A stretch of DNA of 64,000 nucleotides from the human T2T-CHM13v2.0 reference genome, Homo sapiens. Shown piece by piece: positions 1 to 33,860 of this stretch. Positions within the stretch are counted from its first letter, which is position 1. The number at the start of each line of letters is the position of its first letter. The DNA lies in assembly GCF_009914755.1 (NCBI RefSeq), contig NC_060940.1. One strand, given 5' to 3'. The notes under the pieces are model-generated. The model saw only the letters and a list, made by a program, of their open reading frames with translations. It did no database searches and was not told where the DNA came from. A program made the translations under genes and the position numbers.

Positions 1-122
1 ACTAAACGGAAAAAAACACCAGACTTCTCAGGGAGAAAACATCTGGGTGAATAGGAGGGTGGGGCTTTGCCCAGGCCTGGGACCAGGACACGCCCCGCCC
101 TGAAGTGGCCGCAGAGCCTTTA

Positions 123-221
<99 letters not shown>

Positions 222-299
222 CTAAGAAAACAGGGTCCTTCCACACACAGGAGGGTTATGGAACCGTTAACAGCCATGTTTTCCAAAACATGCTCTGTC

Positions 300-640
300 C
301 ATACCATGGAATATTACTCAGACATAAAAAGGAATGAACATGGGTGAACCTTGACAACATCATGCTGAATAAGCCAGAGACAAAAGAACAAATGGTGCAC
401 TTACAGTATATGAAATGTCTAGAACAGGCAAATGCATCAAGACAGAAAGTAGATTAGAGGTTAGCACAGGCTGGGAGCAGGGGAAATGAAGAGTTATTGG
501 TCAGTGGTTACAGAGTTTCAGTTTACGTGCTGAAAAAGCTTTAGAAACAGATAGCGGTAATGGCTGCACACTATAATGAATGTAATTAATGCCACTTAAT
601 TATACACTTACAAATCATTAAAATGACAAATCTTATGTTA
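300..640 (+). mobile_element. Old L1 (L1M-type) 3' end fragment
   Basis: Typical L1M 3' UTR motifs (ggaatattactcagacataaaaaggaatgaa, tagatagcggtaatggctgcac, tatacacttacaaat). Subfamily not determined. Confidence 0.7.
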
Positions 641-658
641 TCTTCAAAAACAGTGATA

Positions 659-1223
<565 letters not shown>

Positions 1224-1224
1224 A

Positions 1225-3814
<2,590 letters not shown>

Positions 3815-4271
3815 TATGCACATGTACACACACACACACACCCCCTCACAGTGTGGGATGACAATTAGGTTGGAAAAAGCATAGGCAAAATAAAAAAAAT
3901 TTAAATGTACATACACCAAGAGCCTTCATATACACAAACAATAATACTTTCCCGGAGTAAAAAAATTTAAAAACCTAGTGATGAATCTAAGAAGAGTGCA
4001 AAAGGCCCATGAAAACAATGGAAAAGCTAATAAGGGAGAAAAAAATGAATTGAAGACATATCATTTTCCTGAACGGGAAGATTCAACATAAAGATGCTTT
4101 TTCTTCCCAGTTAATCAACAGATTCAAAGCTACCTACACCAAGAGCTTGGGAGTGGGACCTAATGCACTTGATGCGAAAGTTTACAGGGAAAAATAATAA
4201 AGCACAGCCAGGATAACGCTGAAAAAGAAAAGTAACGACAAGTGACTAACCTTACGGATAGTATAACATAA

Positions 4272-4732
<461 letters not shown>

Positions 4733-4960
4733 TTATTCAATAAAATTATGTTGGGACCAGATAGCCATATGGAAAAGAAAATTATGTTGGCCCAATCAAT
4801 CATCATTTGGCCACGTTGTGGCCTGTTATAACTCCAGTTCCACAGGGCTCCAAAGGCAACCATGCAGTTCATCTGCAACTCTTCACAAGAGCCCAGAAAA
4901 TATCAGCTCTTAGGATTAGCCTTCACCTTATGCCAAGACAAACACATTTAAAAACAAGAC

Positions 4961-7452
<2,492 letters not shown>

Positions 7453-7746
7453 CTTGTTCGTGTAATTTTGTATTTTCTCATGATGAATACATCCCAAACT
7501 CATTTTATTTTATTTTACTTTATTTTTTAAAGGCTGGAGACTGATGAAATGTCAGCAGTAGTTGCTTTGGTGTGGTGAACAATGCATGATTTTAATTTTT
7601 TTTTTCCTTTTTCTACTTTTCAAATACTCTACAACGAGCAGATCTCGAATGCCCAGCAAAAGCTAAGCTCCGCGAGGCGGCCCTGGAATGAGGCGACCCC
7701 GGAATGAGGCGGCCCCCGCGAGCGCCAGGCCCCCGCCCAGCGCTCA

Positions 7747-8460
<714 letters not shown>

Positions 8461-8489
8461 TTGGTTTCTTCGTTTTACAAATAACACTT

Positions 8490-11613
<3,124 letters not shown>

Positions 11614-12699
11614 TGCATAACATTTTTTTTTTTCCTGAAATTCCCAGAAAGGAAAATGGTGTCTTGTTCTATGTTGCATTTCTTTGATTGAGAGGGAGAG
11701 CTGCATCACTTAATTATTTGCAGAGAATTGCTTTTCTTGTTTTCTTTACAGGTGGTCTGTTCTTGGATGGTCTGGCTGTGTTCTTTCTGAGGAATACATA
11801 ACCTCTGCTACACATTTTGCAAGGCTTTATCCCCGTTGTCCATGTTTTGATTTTATGTATAATCAAAAGGTTTGTGAGTTCTCCCACACTTCCCAGGAGT
11901 GCCTCTGGGATGGAAATGAGACTGCAGGAGCAGGGCTTGAGGCTGGAGGGGTGAGATGGGACAGATGGGGGTGGGGGAACCCAGGGCAGTGGCCGGTGGT
12001 GGTAATGGAGGCCTCCTCACAGGGACCCTCACAGCGACCATGCGAATGGAGCAGGACTGTGACTCAGGTCTCGCTCTTCTGACCTAATCGTGCTGCTGCC
12101 CCAATGGGCAGAACCTTGGGGCTCCAGACTGGACATCTCTGGGCTCAAAGGATCCCACTGTTCCCCCGGTTACCCTCTCAGGGTTGGCCTCCTGCCAGTA
12201 ACCCTGGCACTCATTGTTCATTCTTCTGACTATCGTCAGTCATAATGAGAGCTCGAACTGGTGAAAGTGCAGGGAGCTCACCATGACCCCAGCCCACAGA
12301 GGTCCTGGGTGCGTCCCTGCCCTCGAAGCAGCACTCTGGATCCCAGCGCCACCCTCATGTCCATGTTTGCACCTCATTGGCTGTGACAGAAATGAGACAT
12401 CATTGTCACACGCTGGCCTGAGGGTCAGTGGGCCTTGCTTTGGACCTCAGTTTCCCCACCAGTAACAGGGTTCAGAGCAGATGGTCCCTGAGTGAGTCCC
12501 AGCTCTAAGTTCTCCCAGGGTCTCCTGGACAATGAAGCACCAGGGCCAACCTCCATTTGCTACAGGGGACATCCTCAGGCTCTTCTCTGCTAAGACCCCA
12601 CACCTCCAAGTCTCCTCATTTTACCTTTAAATAGCTGTTTCATGACCTGCTTTTTTGACGGTAAGTAGATTTTTGGAAACTGAAACCCCTGACCCTTCC

Positions 12700-12850
12700 T
12701 CCCAGCCTGGGCCTGCCCTTGGCAGGATAGGAGGCCTTATCGGTCCTGCCACTTGGTCTGGGCCTCAAAGGGCCACCGCCATCTGCAGGAGGGCCGGGTG
12801 GGGTTCACAGACGCTATCTGGGACTTGCCTGGACACCTCCACCTTCTCAG
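12700..12850. promoter_or_regulatory. Putative erythroid element HS-10 / MCS-R4
   Basis: GATA motifs cttatc (12736-12741) and ctatct (12814-12819) plus a GGGTGGGG CACCC box, in unique sequence about 9.7 kb upstream of the HBZ cap. Identity is inferred from position. Confidence 0.55.
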
Positions 12851-13399
12851 CTGAGTGTTGCTGCCCCACCAGGGAGAACCACTCACACACAGTAGTAATA
12901 GAAATAATTTAAAATTCATGCTGCAAGTTCCTGAGCGCCCTCCCAACACTGAGGTGGGGGCTAGTCTAATCCCCATCCTAGAGGTGAAAACAGTGAAACT
13001 AGGACTCACAAGGCAAATTAGCCTGTTCAGGGTCACCGAGGGTCCACTCTCATGGGAGAGTTTGCAGATGCCCAATCCGGCATTCTGCTGAGTGTCCAGT
13101 GGCTTGTAAGTGGCCAGACACCCTTTGAGCTCAGCCTCAGCTGCTCAGGCACAGAACGTGCCTGGAGCTTGGAATTCAGGCCAGAAACCACCAGTGGACA
13201 CCAGCATTCCACACTCACTGCACAGGCTGGGGCTCAAACCAAGGCCCAGGGACAGGAAGGGACAAGCCCCAGCCCCAGCCGGACTCCCAGCCCACACAAA
13301 CCATCAGGGCTTGTTTCCTGCTCCATGGAAGCCTCAGACATGTTTCATAACCTCCTGGAGCCTCCGTTTCCTTATCTTTCCAATGTAATGATGCCCATG

Positions 13400-21780
<8,381 letters not shown>

Positions 21781-22189
21781 ATTAAAAGGAATATTTGCCT
21801 CATTATGTTACAATAACTAATATGGAAAGCAATATTGCAATGCCTATTAGCACATGACATTAGGTGAATTCTCCTTTGTCCCCGGACCTGCTGCCTCCTC
21901 CTGCTTGTCAGGGGACAGATCCAGTACATCTCCCCTCAGCGCTGGGTGGACCTAACCCTTGCTTTCTTGGAGGAAACCCAGGAATCCAGAGACAAAGTGG
22001 AAGGGTACTGGCATGTGGTTGGGCAGGGCTGCCTGAGGTCGGTGTCAGCCGACCGTGGGGCTTGGTCCCAGGAGGCTGCTTACTGGGCCCTGCTCCTCTG
22101 GTTTCCCCCAAGTCGTGATTCTGAAATGAATAAGGACGGTGCAGAACTGGACTACAAATGCAGGAGTGACTTCCTGGGAGGGTGGGGCC

Positions 22190-22426
22190 CCTATCTCTCC
22201 TAGACTCTGTGGTCAGACTCTGGCCAACACCCCCTGTAAGGCCACAGGAGAGGAACAGGAGTGATAGCCCCCAAACCCCAGTCCCACCAGGCCCTGAGGG
22301 CCCCTTTGTCACTGGATCTGATAAGAAACACCACCCCTGCAGCCCCCTCCCCTCACCTGACCAATGGCCACAGCCTGGCTGGGCCCAGCTCCCTGTATAT
22401 AAGGGGACCCTGGGGGCTGAGCACTA
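22190..22426 (+). promoter_or_regulatory. HBZ: HBZ promoter
   Basis: GATA at 22191-22196 and 22319-22324, CACCC at 22331-22337, TGACCAAT at 22358-22365 and TATATAA at 22396-22402. Cap near 22426. Confidence 0.9.
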
Positions 22427-22480
22427 CCAAGGCCAGTCCTGAGCAGGCCCAACTCCAGTGCAGCTGCCCACCCTGCCGCC

Positions 22481-24041
22481 ATGTCTCTGACCAAGACTGA
22501 GAGGACCATCATTGTGTCCATGTGGGCCAAGATCTCCACGCAGGCCGACACCATCGGCACCGAGACTCTGGAGAGGTGAGTGTCAGACGGGACTGCCAGA
22601 GGGACTGGGTGGGAGGCCAGGTATGTGAGTGGGGACAGTGGGGAGGGGGCGGTGGGGAGGGGACAGTGGGGAGGGGACCATGGAGAGGAGACAGTGGGGA
22701 GGGGACAGTGGGGAGAGGACAGTGAGGAGGGGACCTTGGGGAGGGGACAGTGAGGAGGGAACCGTGGAGAGGGGACAGTGAGGAAGGGACAGTGAGGACA
22801 GATAGCGTTCCCTCTCAGTGAGGAGGGCAGGGTAAGGAGGGAACGATTAGGAGTTGCACAACCATCTGGGCTCGCTGAGACCTGGGCAGGCACAGGCCCA
22901 GGTTCTGACAAGCAGAGGGTGAAAGGTTTCGTTCTAGGCCTGAAGGGCCTTACAGGGCAGCCAGGGCACTACAGCCTCTAAAGTCCCAGCATCTGGGATC
23001 AGGGCACTGTCCCAGCTTCAAATTCCCAGCATCTGATCCCCTGGGAGGGGCCAGGGAGCTTTTCCTTCCCTGGAACGCTGCTGGGAGGTCATGAGCCTGC
23101 AGAAGGGGTGGCGGGCAACCCAGTCTGGGGCTGGGAGGGAGGTCCTGTGGCCAGAGGAGACGGTGGAGGGGCTGGGGGCACCAGGCGTGCTGGAGGCGGA
23201 GGGCGGGAGATTTGGGGACCAGGCTGCACAGAACCCGTCGGAAGCAGGGCGATCAGCCGGGAGCTGCAGAGGCCTGGGGGGCCTCTAGCCCAGGGCAGCC
23301 TGGGAGGGGCAGCTGCCTGGGCACCCGGGCCCCGCGAGGAGGGGCTGGGGCCTGCTGCGGGGTCGCAGATGTGTCCCGGTGCTCGGAGAGGGCCGCAGGG
23401 CGCGTGGGCCGTGGGCGGGAGGCCGCGCTGCTGGGAGCTCACGGCCCCCGCCCCCCGTCCCAGGCTCTTCCTCAGCCACCCGCAGACCAAGACCTACTTC
23501 CCGCACTTCGACCTGCACCCGGGGTCCGCGCAGTTGCGCGCGCACGGCTCCAAGGTGGTGGCCGCCGTGGGCGACGCGGTGAAGAGCATCGACGACATCG
23601 GCGGCGCCCTGTCCAAGCTGAGCGAGCTGCACGCCTACATCCTGCGCGTGGACCCGGTCAACTTCAAGGTGCGCGGGGCGCGGTGCGGGCGGGGCGGGGC
23701 GCGGTGCGGGCGGGGCGGTGCGGGGCGGGGCGCGGTGCGGGCGGGGCGGTGCGGGGCGGGGCGGGGCGGGGTCGCGGGGAGGGGCGGGGCGGGGCGGGGT
23801 CGCGGGGCGGGGCGGGGGTCGCGGGGCGGGGCGGGGTCGCGGGGCGGGGCGGGGTCGCGGGGCGGGGCCCGGGCTAGGCCCCGCCCCCGCACTGAGCCGC
23901 CCCCGCCCCCAGCTCCTGTCCCACTGCCTGCTGGTCACCCTGGCCGCGCGCTTCCCCGCCGACTTCACGGCCGAGGCCCACGCCGCCTGGGACAAGTTCC
24001 TATCGGTCGTATCCTCTGTCCTGACCGAGAAGTACCGCTGA
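22481..24041 (+). CDS. HBZ: Hemoglobin subunit zeta; exons 22481-22575, 23464-23668, 23913-24041
   Basis: Spliced translation [17 protein letters not shown]...VLTEKYR (142 aa), GT-AG introns and AATAAA at 24127-24132. Confidence 0.99.
22630..22800. repeat. 14-bp G-rich minisatellite in HBZ intron 1 (acagtggggagggg-like, about 12 units)
   Basis: Tandem gggacagtg(g/a)ggag variants seen directly. Confidence 0.92.
23670..23870. repeat. (CGGGG)n / CGCGGGGCGGGG repeat in HBZ intron 2
   Basis: GC-only tandem array seen directly. Confidence 0.95.
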
Positions 24042-24943
24042 GCGCCGCCTCCGGGACCCCCAGGACAGGCTGCGGCCCCTCCCCCGTCCTGGAGGTTCCC
24101 CAGCCCCACTTACCGCGTAATGCGCCAATAAACCAATGAACGAAGCAGCGTCCACCTGGTCTCTGTTGTCCGTGGGCGGCGGGCGCTTGGGGAGGCGGAG
24201 CGGGAGGAGGGCGCCCCGGCTGTCTCGGGGCCACTGCTGGGCCGCAGGGATCCTTGCACCGACCCCAGGGTCTCTAAGAGGCAGAGGGATGTGCAGCTCC
24301 CGGGGCGGGAGCGGGGGTCACTCGGGACCCAGGCGTGGTGGAGAAGGGGTGCAGTTAGGCCTTTGCGGAGGGGGGAGCAGTGCTGGCGCCCACCCGCCGC
24401 GGCTCTCCCTGGGACCTCCGTGGTCTTCCTTCTTTATTTCTCCCGAATGTGTACTATTTCCTGATTTCAGAACGATCAGGACGAAGAGGGGAGGGATGGG
24501 CGTCTGCGCTCACTCATTCCTTCTTCCATTCCTCAATGAAACATTTACTGGGCATAAGACAGCCTAGGCATGTTTCTAGGCTATGGATACCGCAGCTGAA
24601 ATAAAGAAAGCCCTCTGCCCCGTGGGGCTGACAATCTAGTGGGGGATACAGACGTGATGAAGACAGTCAGATCACAGTTCACAGAAATGAGACAGGAAAA
24701 GAGGCTGAGCCTCACTCATAAGAGAAACGCAAGTTAAACTACACAAAAATAAAAAACCTCACTGAGATCCATGTCTCACCTCCCTGATAGGCAAAAATCC
24801 AAGAGTTTGATCAGACTGCAGGCGCCCCTCCTCCACTGGGCACCCCTCATCCAGGGCAGAGGGAACCAGCCCGGGGCGCAAGTCCACCGGGGCATCTCAT
24901 TTGCTAAAGACCTGAAAACCCAGGTGTCCATCATCAGGACTAA

Positions 24944-28762
<3,819 letters not shown>

Positions 28763-29460
28763 TTCCTGAAGCTCCTCTTGAGCTTACATTCTAGTGGACT
28801 GTAAACAGAAACATTTTTTTTTCCTGTGGATAAAGAAAAGCAGGGCAAGTAGGGGCTTAGACAGAGGAGGGGAGGATTCAGATTTTAAATGGGTTGGCCA
28901 CTGTAGGTCTATTAACGTGGTGACATTTGAGGGAGTGGCAATACTAGGGAAGGGGCTTCAGGGGAGTGGCCAGGAGCTAGGGATAGAGGGAGGGAGGACA
29001 GGAGGCCTTGTCTGTCTTTTCCTCCATATGTAAGTTTCAGGAGTGAGTGGGGGGTGTCGAGGGTGCTGTGCTCTCCGGCCTGAGCCTCAGGAAGGAAGGG
29101 CAGTAGTCAGGGATGCCAGGGAAGGACAGTGGAGTAGGCTTTGTGGGGAACTTCACGGTTCCATTGTTGAGATGATTTGCTGGAGACACACAGATGAGGA
29201 CATCAAATACATCCCTGGATCAGGCCCTGGGGCCTGAGTCCGGAAGAGAGGTCTGTATGGACACACCCATCAATGGGAGCACCAGGACACAGATGGAGGC
29301 TAATGTCATGTTGTAGACAGGATGGGTGCTGAGCTGCCACACCCACATTATTAGAAAATAACAGCACAGGCTTGGGGTGGAGGCGGGACACAAGACTAGC
29401 CAGAAGGAGAAAGAAAGGTGAAAAGCTGTTGGTGCAAGGAAGCTCTTGGTATTTCCAACG

Positions 29461-30922
29461 GCTTGGGCACAGGCTGTGAGGGTGCCTGGGACGGCTTGTG
29501 GGGCACAGGCTGCAAGAGGTGCCCAGGACGGCTTGTGGGGCACAGGTTGTGAGAGGTGCCCTGGACGGCTTGTGGGGCACAGGCTGTGAGAGATGCCCAG
29601 GACGGCTTGTGGGGCACAGGCTGTGAGGGTGCCCGGGATGGCTTGTGGGGCACAGGTTGTGAGAGGTGCCCGGGACGGCTTGTGGGGCACAGGTTTGAGA
29701 GGTGCCCGGGACGGCTTGTGGGGCACAGGTTTGAGAGGTGCCCGGGACGGCTTGTGGGGCACAGGTTGTGAGAGGTGCCCGGGACGGCTTGTGGGACACA
29801 GGTTGTGAGAGGTGCCTGGGACGGCTTGTGGGGCACAGGCTGTGAGGGTGCCTGGGATGGCTTGTGGGGCACAGGTTGTGAGAGGTGCCCGGGATGGCTT
29901 GTGGGGCACAGGTTGTGAGAGGTGCCCGGGACGGCTTGTGGGGCACAGGTTGTGAGACGTGCCCGGGACGGCTTGTGGGGCACAGGCTGTGAGGGTGCCC
30001 GGGATGGCTTGTGGGGCACAGGCTGCAAGAGGTGCCCGGGACGGCTTGTGGGGCACAGGCTGTGAGGGTGCCCGGGACGGCTTGTGGGGCACAGGCTGTG
30101 AGGGTGCCCGGGACGGCTTGTGGGGCACAGGCTGTGAGGGTGCCCGGGATGGCTTGTGGGGCACAGGCTGCAAGAGGTGCCCGGGACGGCTTGTGGGGCA
30201 CAGGCTGTGAGGGTGCCTGGGATGGCTTGTGGGGCACAGGTTGTGAGAGGTGCCCGGGATGGCTTGTGGGGCACAGGCTGTGAGGGTGCCTGGGACGGCT
30301 TGTGGGGCACAGGCTGTGAGGGTGCCTGGGATGGCTTGTGGGGCACAGGTTGTGAGAGGTGCCTGGGACGGCTTGTGGGGCACAGGTTGTGAGAGGTGCC
30401 CGGGACGGCTTGTGGGGCACAGGCTGTGAGGGTGCCCGGGACAGCTCGTGGGGCACAGGTTGTGAGAGGTGCCCGGGACGGCTTGTGGGGCACAGGCTGT
30501 GAGGGTGCCTGGGACGGCTTGTGGGGCACAGGTTGTGAGAGGTGCCCGGGACGGCTTGTGGGGCACAGGTTGTGAGGATGCCCGGGATGGCTTGTGGGGC
30601 ACAGGTTGTGAGAGGTGCCTGGGACGGCTTGTGGGGCACAGGCTGTGAGGGTGCCCGGGACGGCTTGTGGGGCACAGGCTGTGAGAGGTGCCTGGGACGG
30701 CTTGTGGGGCACAGGCTGTGAGGATGCCCGGGATGGCTTGTGGGGCACAGGTTGTGAGGGGTGCCCGGGACGGCTTGTGGGGCACAGGCTGTGAGGGTGC
30801 CCAGGATGGCTTGTGGGGCACAGGCTGCAAGAGGTGCCCAGGACGGCTTGTGGGGCACAGGTTGTGAGAAGTGCCCGGGACGGCTTGTGGGGCACAGGCT
30901 GTGAGGGAGCCCGGCACGGCTT
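29461..30922. repeat. Inter-zeta hypervariable minisatellite (36/37-bp unit ggcttgtggggcacagg(c/t)tgtgag(a)ggtgcc(c/t)ggga(c/t), about 40 units)
   Basis: Tandem array seen directly; its position between zeta and pseudo-zeta matches the known inter-zeta HVR. Confidence 0.97.
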
Positions 30923-31764
30923 GCAGCTACAGGGAGAAAAGACTTGGTGCTGTGGGCCTGCCTTGGGGCTGGTGGTACAGCCCTTATCTGCTGCCCTCAG
31001 GATCTCCCGGCCCCTCTCGTCCAGGCCCCTGCAACCCCATGCCCCAGCCTCTGAGGACCAAAGGCGCCCCTGCTTGGGAAGAGGGGGCTCAGGGGAGTCG
31101 CCTGACCCGGTTCCAAGCCAGGCTGATTTACCGTTGCTAACATCCTAGTGCACGCATCCCTCTGCCTCATGCACCCAACCCCAAGGCCTGGTACACTGCA
31201 GGCCCCAAGGTCCTGTGCGTCCTTTCAATACCCTCCTCACCTGCCTCACCTGCCCCCCCTACCCTGACTCTGGCTGGAGACCCCCTCCAGGGAGTTTTCA
31301 AAACAAAGGGTGTCAGTCTCCTGTGGGATTCCCTCACCTCTGCAGCCTGCGGTCTGAAAGCTGCCCCATGGTGTGTAGTGCTAAACTTCCAACTTACTCC
31401 AGGCCAGCGGTGACAGCCCGAGGGCAGGAAGGGCACCCACACTGAGCCTCAAACAGCTAATTTTGCAACTGTAAGTCCATATAATTGTCTTGAAAAGTAA
31501 TTTGTTTCAAAAAGCTAAAAAACGAATACTCTTGAGTCTCCTTCTAGTAATTCCCCTTCTAGAGGTCTATCACCAGGAAAAGATCCAAAGCACTGATATT
31601 CTTCATGGAGTTGTTTATAATAGAAAAAAACTAGAGCTTGTTCACAAAGGGGAGCTCTGCAGGCTGAAGATGTTGCACCTGTCAGCGGGGATGGGGGCAC
31701 GCTTGCTGACGCAGCAACGGAAAAGCATCAGTGTGTGAAGATGCATTTTCTCTCTTTCTATTAT

Positions 31765-32250
31765 TATTATTTTTATTTTTATTTTTTCTGAGGCAGAACC
31801 TCGCTCTGTCACCCAGGCTGGAGTGCAGTGATGCGACCTCATCACAACCACGAGCCACCATGTGCGGCCCCATGAGCAAGCCACCACGCCCAGCCTTTTT
31901 TTCCCTTGTTTTAAAAAATCCTCTATTTAAAAAAGATGTGCATGGGCCGGGCACGGTGGTTCACGCTCATAATCCCAGCTCTTTCAGAGGCCGAGGCAGG
32001 CAGATCACCTGAGGTCAAGAGTTCGACACCAGCCTGGCCAACATGGTGAAATTCCATCTGTACTAAAAATACAAAAATTAGCCAGGCCGTGGTGGTGCGT
32101 GCCTGTAATCCCAGCTACTCAGGAGACTGAAGCAGGAGAATCACTTGAACCCAGGAGGCAGAGGTTGCAGTGGGTCAAAATCATGCCACCACACTCCAGT
32201 CTGGGAGACAGAGCAAGACTCCATCTCAGAAACAAACTAACAAACAAAAT
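31765..32250. mobile_element. Partial antisense Alu followed by a full sense Alu
   Basis: Alu consensus motifs. Confidence 0.8.
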
Positions 32251-33312
32251 TTTTATATCTACCTATAATTCGTATAAATTTAAAATACATGCATAAAATC
32301 ATACCCTTTGCAAGCACACGTACTAACTAAAAGGAATATATTCAGCACATAGAAATGGTTGTCTAACGGAAGAGGGGGGAGTTAATAAACAGAGAGGATA
32401 AAAAGAAATAAATCAGTAGAGCTGGAGGAGGGTCTCCTCCAGGCTGCGATGAGAACATAGTGAGCAGAATTGCAGGCCTGCATGACCTCACCTTCTGTGA
32501 GGAGTCCGGCCTCCCAAGACGCTTTCCTGCCTAGGTGCCCGGCTCAGAGTGTCCCCTACAAGGCTACTGGAGGAGAACCCCAGACCGAGCCTCATTCAGG
32601 TGAGGGGGCTGCACACCGGAGGTGGGAGAGGTCTGTCCCTTCCCACCCTGTGACACTGGGTCCCACTTTCTCTCTAGGGGGTCTCGGTTTCCTCATTTGC
32701 AAACTGGAGCTCATAAGGTGGGCCAGAGAAGTTTCAGTGAAGTGAGGAATGGATCGTCCCTCTGCCAGGGCCCATGTGCTCTAGGTCACCCTGTCATCAC
32801 AGGGACAGGGAGGTCAAGGACAGTCACTCCTGAGGCCAGTCCGGGCTGGGCTGACCACGTGGACTCTCATGCCCAGATTGGGGCCCCAATCTCCCTGAAG
32901 CTGGGGCTCCAGCTGTGACTCAGGGGTGGGCAGAAGGGGAGACAGAAGCGATAGGTTCCTCAGCCCCCAGTCCCACCTGAGGGCCCCTTTGTCACTGGAT
33001 CTGATAAGAAACACCACCCCTGCAGCCCCCTCCCCTCACCTGACCAATGGCCACAGCCTGGCTGGGCCCAGCTCCCTGTATATAAGGGGACCCTGGGGGC
33101 TGAGCACTACCAAGGCCAGTCCTGAGCAGGCCCAACTCCAGTGCAGCCGCCCACCCTGCCGCCATGTCTCTGACCAAGACTTAGGGGACCATCATTGTGT
33201 CCATGTGGGCCAAGATCTCCACGCAGGCCGACACCATCGGCACCGAGACTCTGGAGAGGTGAGTGTCAGATGGGACTGCCAGAGGGACTGGGTGGGAGGC
33301 CAGGTATGTGAG

Positions 33313-33860
33313 TGGGGACAGTGGGGAGCGGGCAGTGGGGAGGGGACCGTGGGGAGGGGACAGTGAGTAGGGGACAGTGGGGAGAGGACAGTGGAGAGGG
33401 GACAGTGAGGAGGGGACCATGGGAAGGGGACCGTGGAGTGGGGACAGTGAGGAGGGGACCATAGGGAGGGGACAGTGGGGAGGGGACAGTGAGGAGGGGA
33501 CCGTGGGGAGGGGACAGTGAGGAGGGGACCGTGGGGAGGAGACAGTGAGGAGGGGACCGTAGGGAGGGGACAGTGAGGAGGGGACCGTGGGGAGGGGACA
33601 GTGAGGAGGGGACCGTGGGGAGGGGACAGTGAGGAGGGGACCGTGGGAAGGAGACAGTGAGGAGGGGACCTTGGGGAGGGGACAGTGAGGAGGGGACCAT
33701 GGGGAGGGGACAGTGAGGAGGGGACAATGGAGAGGGGACAGTGAGGAGGGGACTGTGGGGAGAGGACAGTGAGGAGGGGACCATGGGGAGGGCACAGTGG
33801 GGAGGGGAGAGTGAGGAAGGGACAGTGAGGAGGGGACTGTGGGGAGGGGACAGTGGAGAC
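33313..33860. repeat. Expanded 14-bp minisatellite in HBZP1 intron 1 (about 39 units)
   Basis: Same unit as HBZ intron 1, about three times longer. Confidence 0.95.

Noticed and set aside
23108-24139. Long Gly/Arg-rich ORFs through HBZ and HBZP1 introns
   Set aside because: Read-through of GC-only intronic repeats; canonical splicing explains the globin segments.
29203-30917. Three 499-565 aa minus-strand ORFs
   Set aside because: They are translations of the inter-zeta minisatellite, which has no stop codons on that strand in any frame; no coding evidence.
29461-30922. CRISPR-like appearance of 36-37 bp repeats (and of the 32-bp NPRL3 repeat)
   Set aside because: Units are head-to-tail with no unique spacers, there are no cas genes, and the DNA is human.
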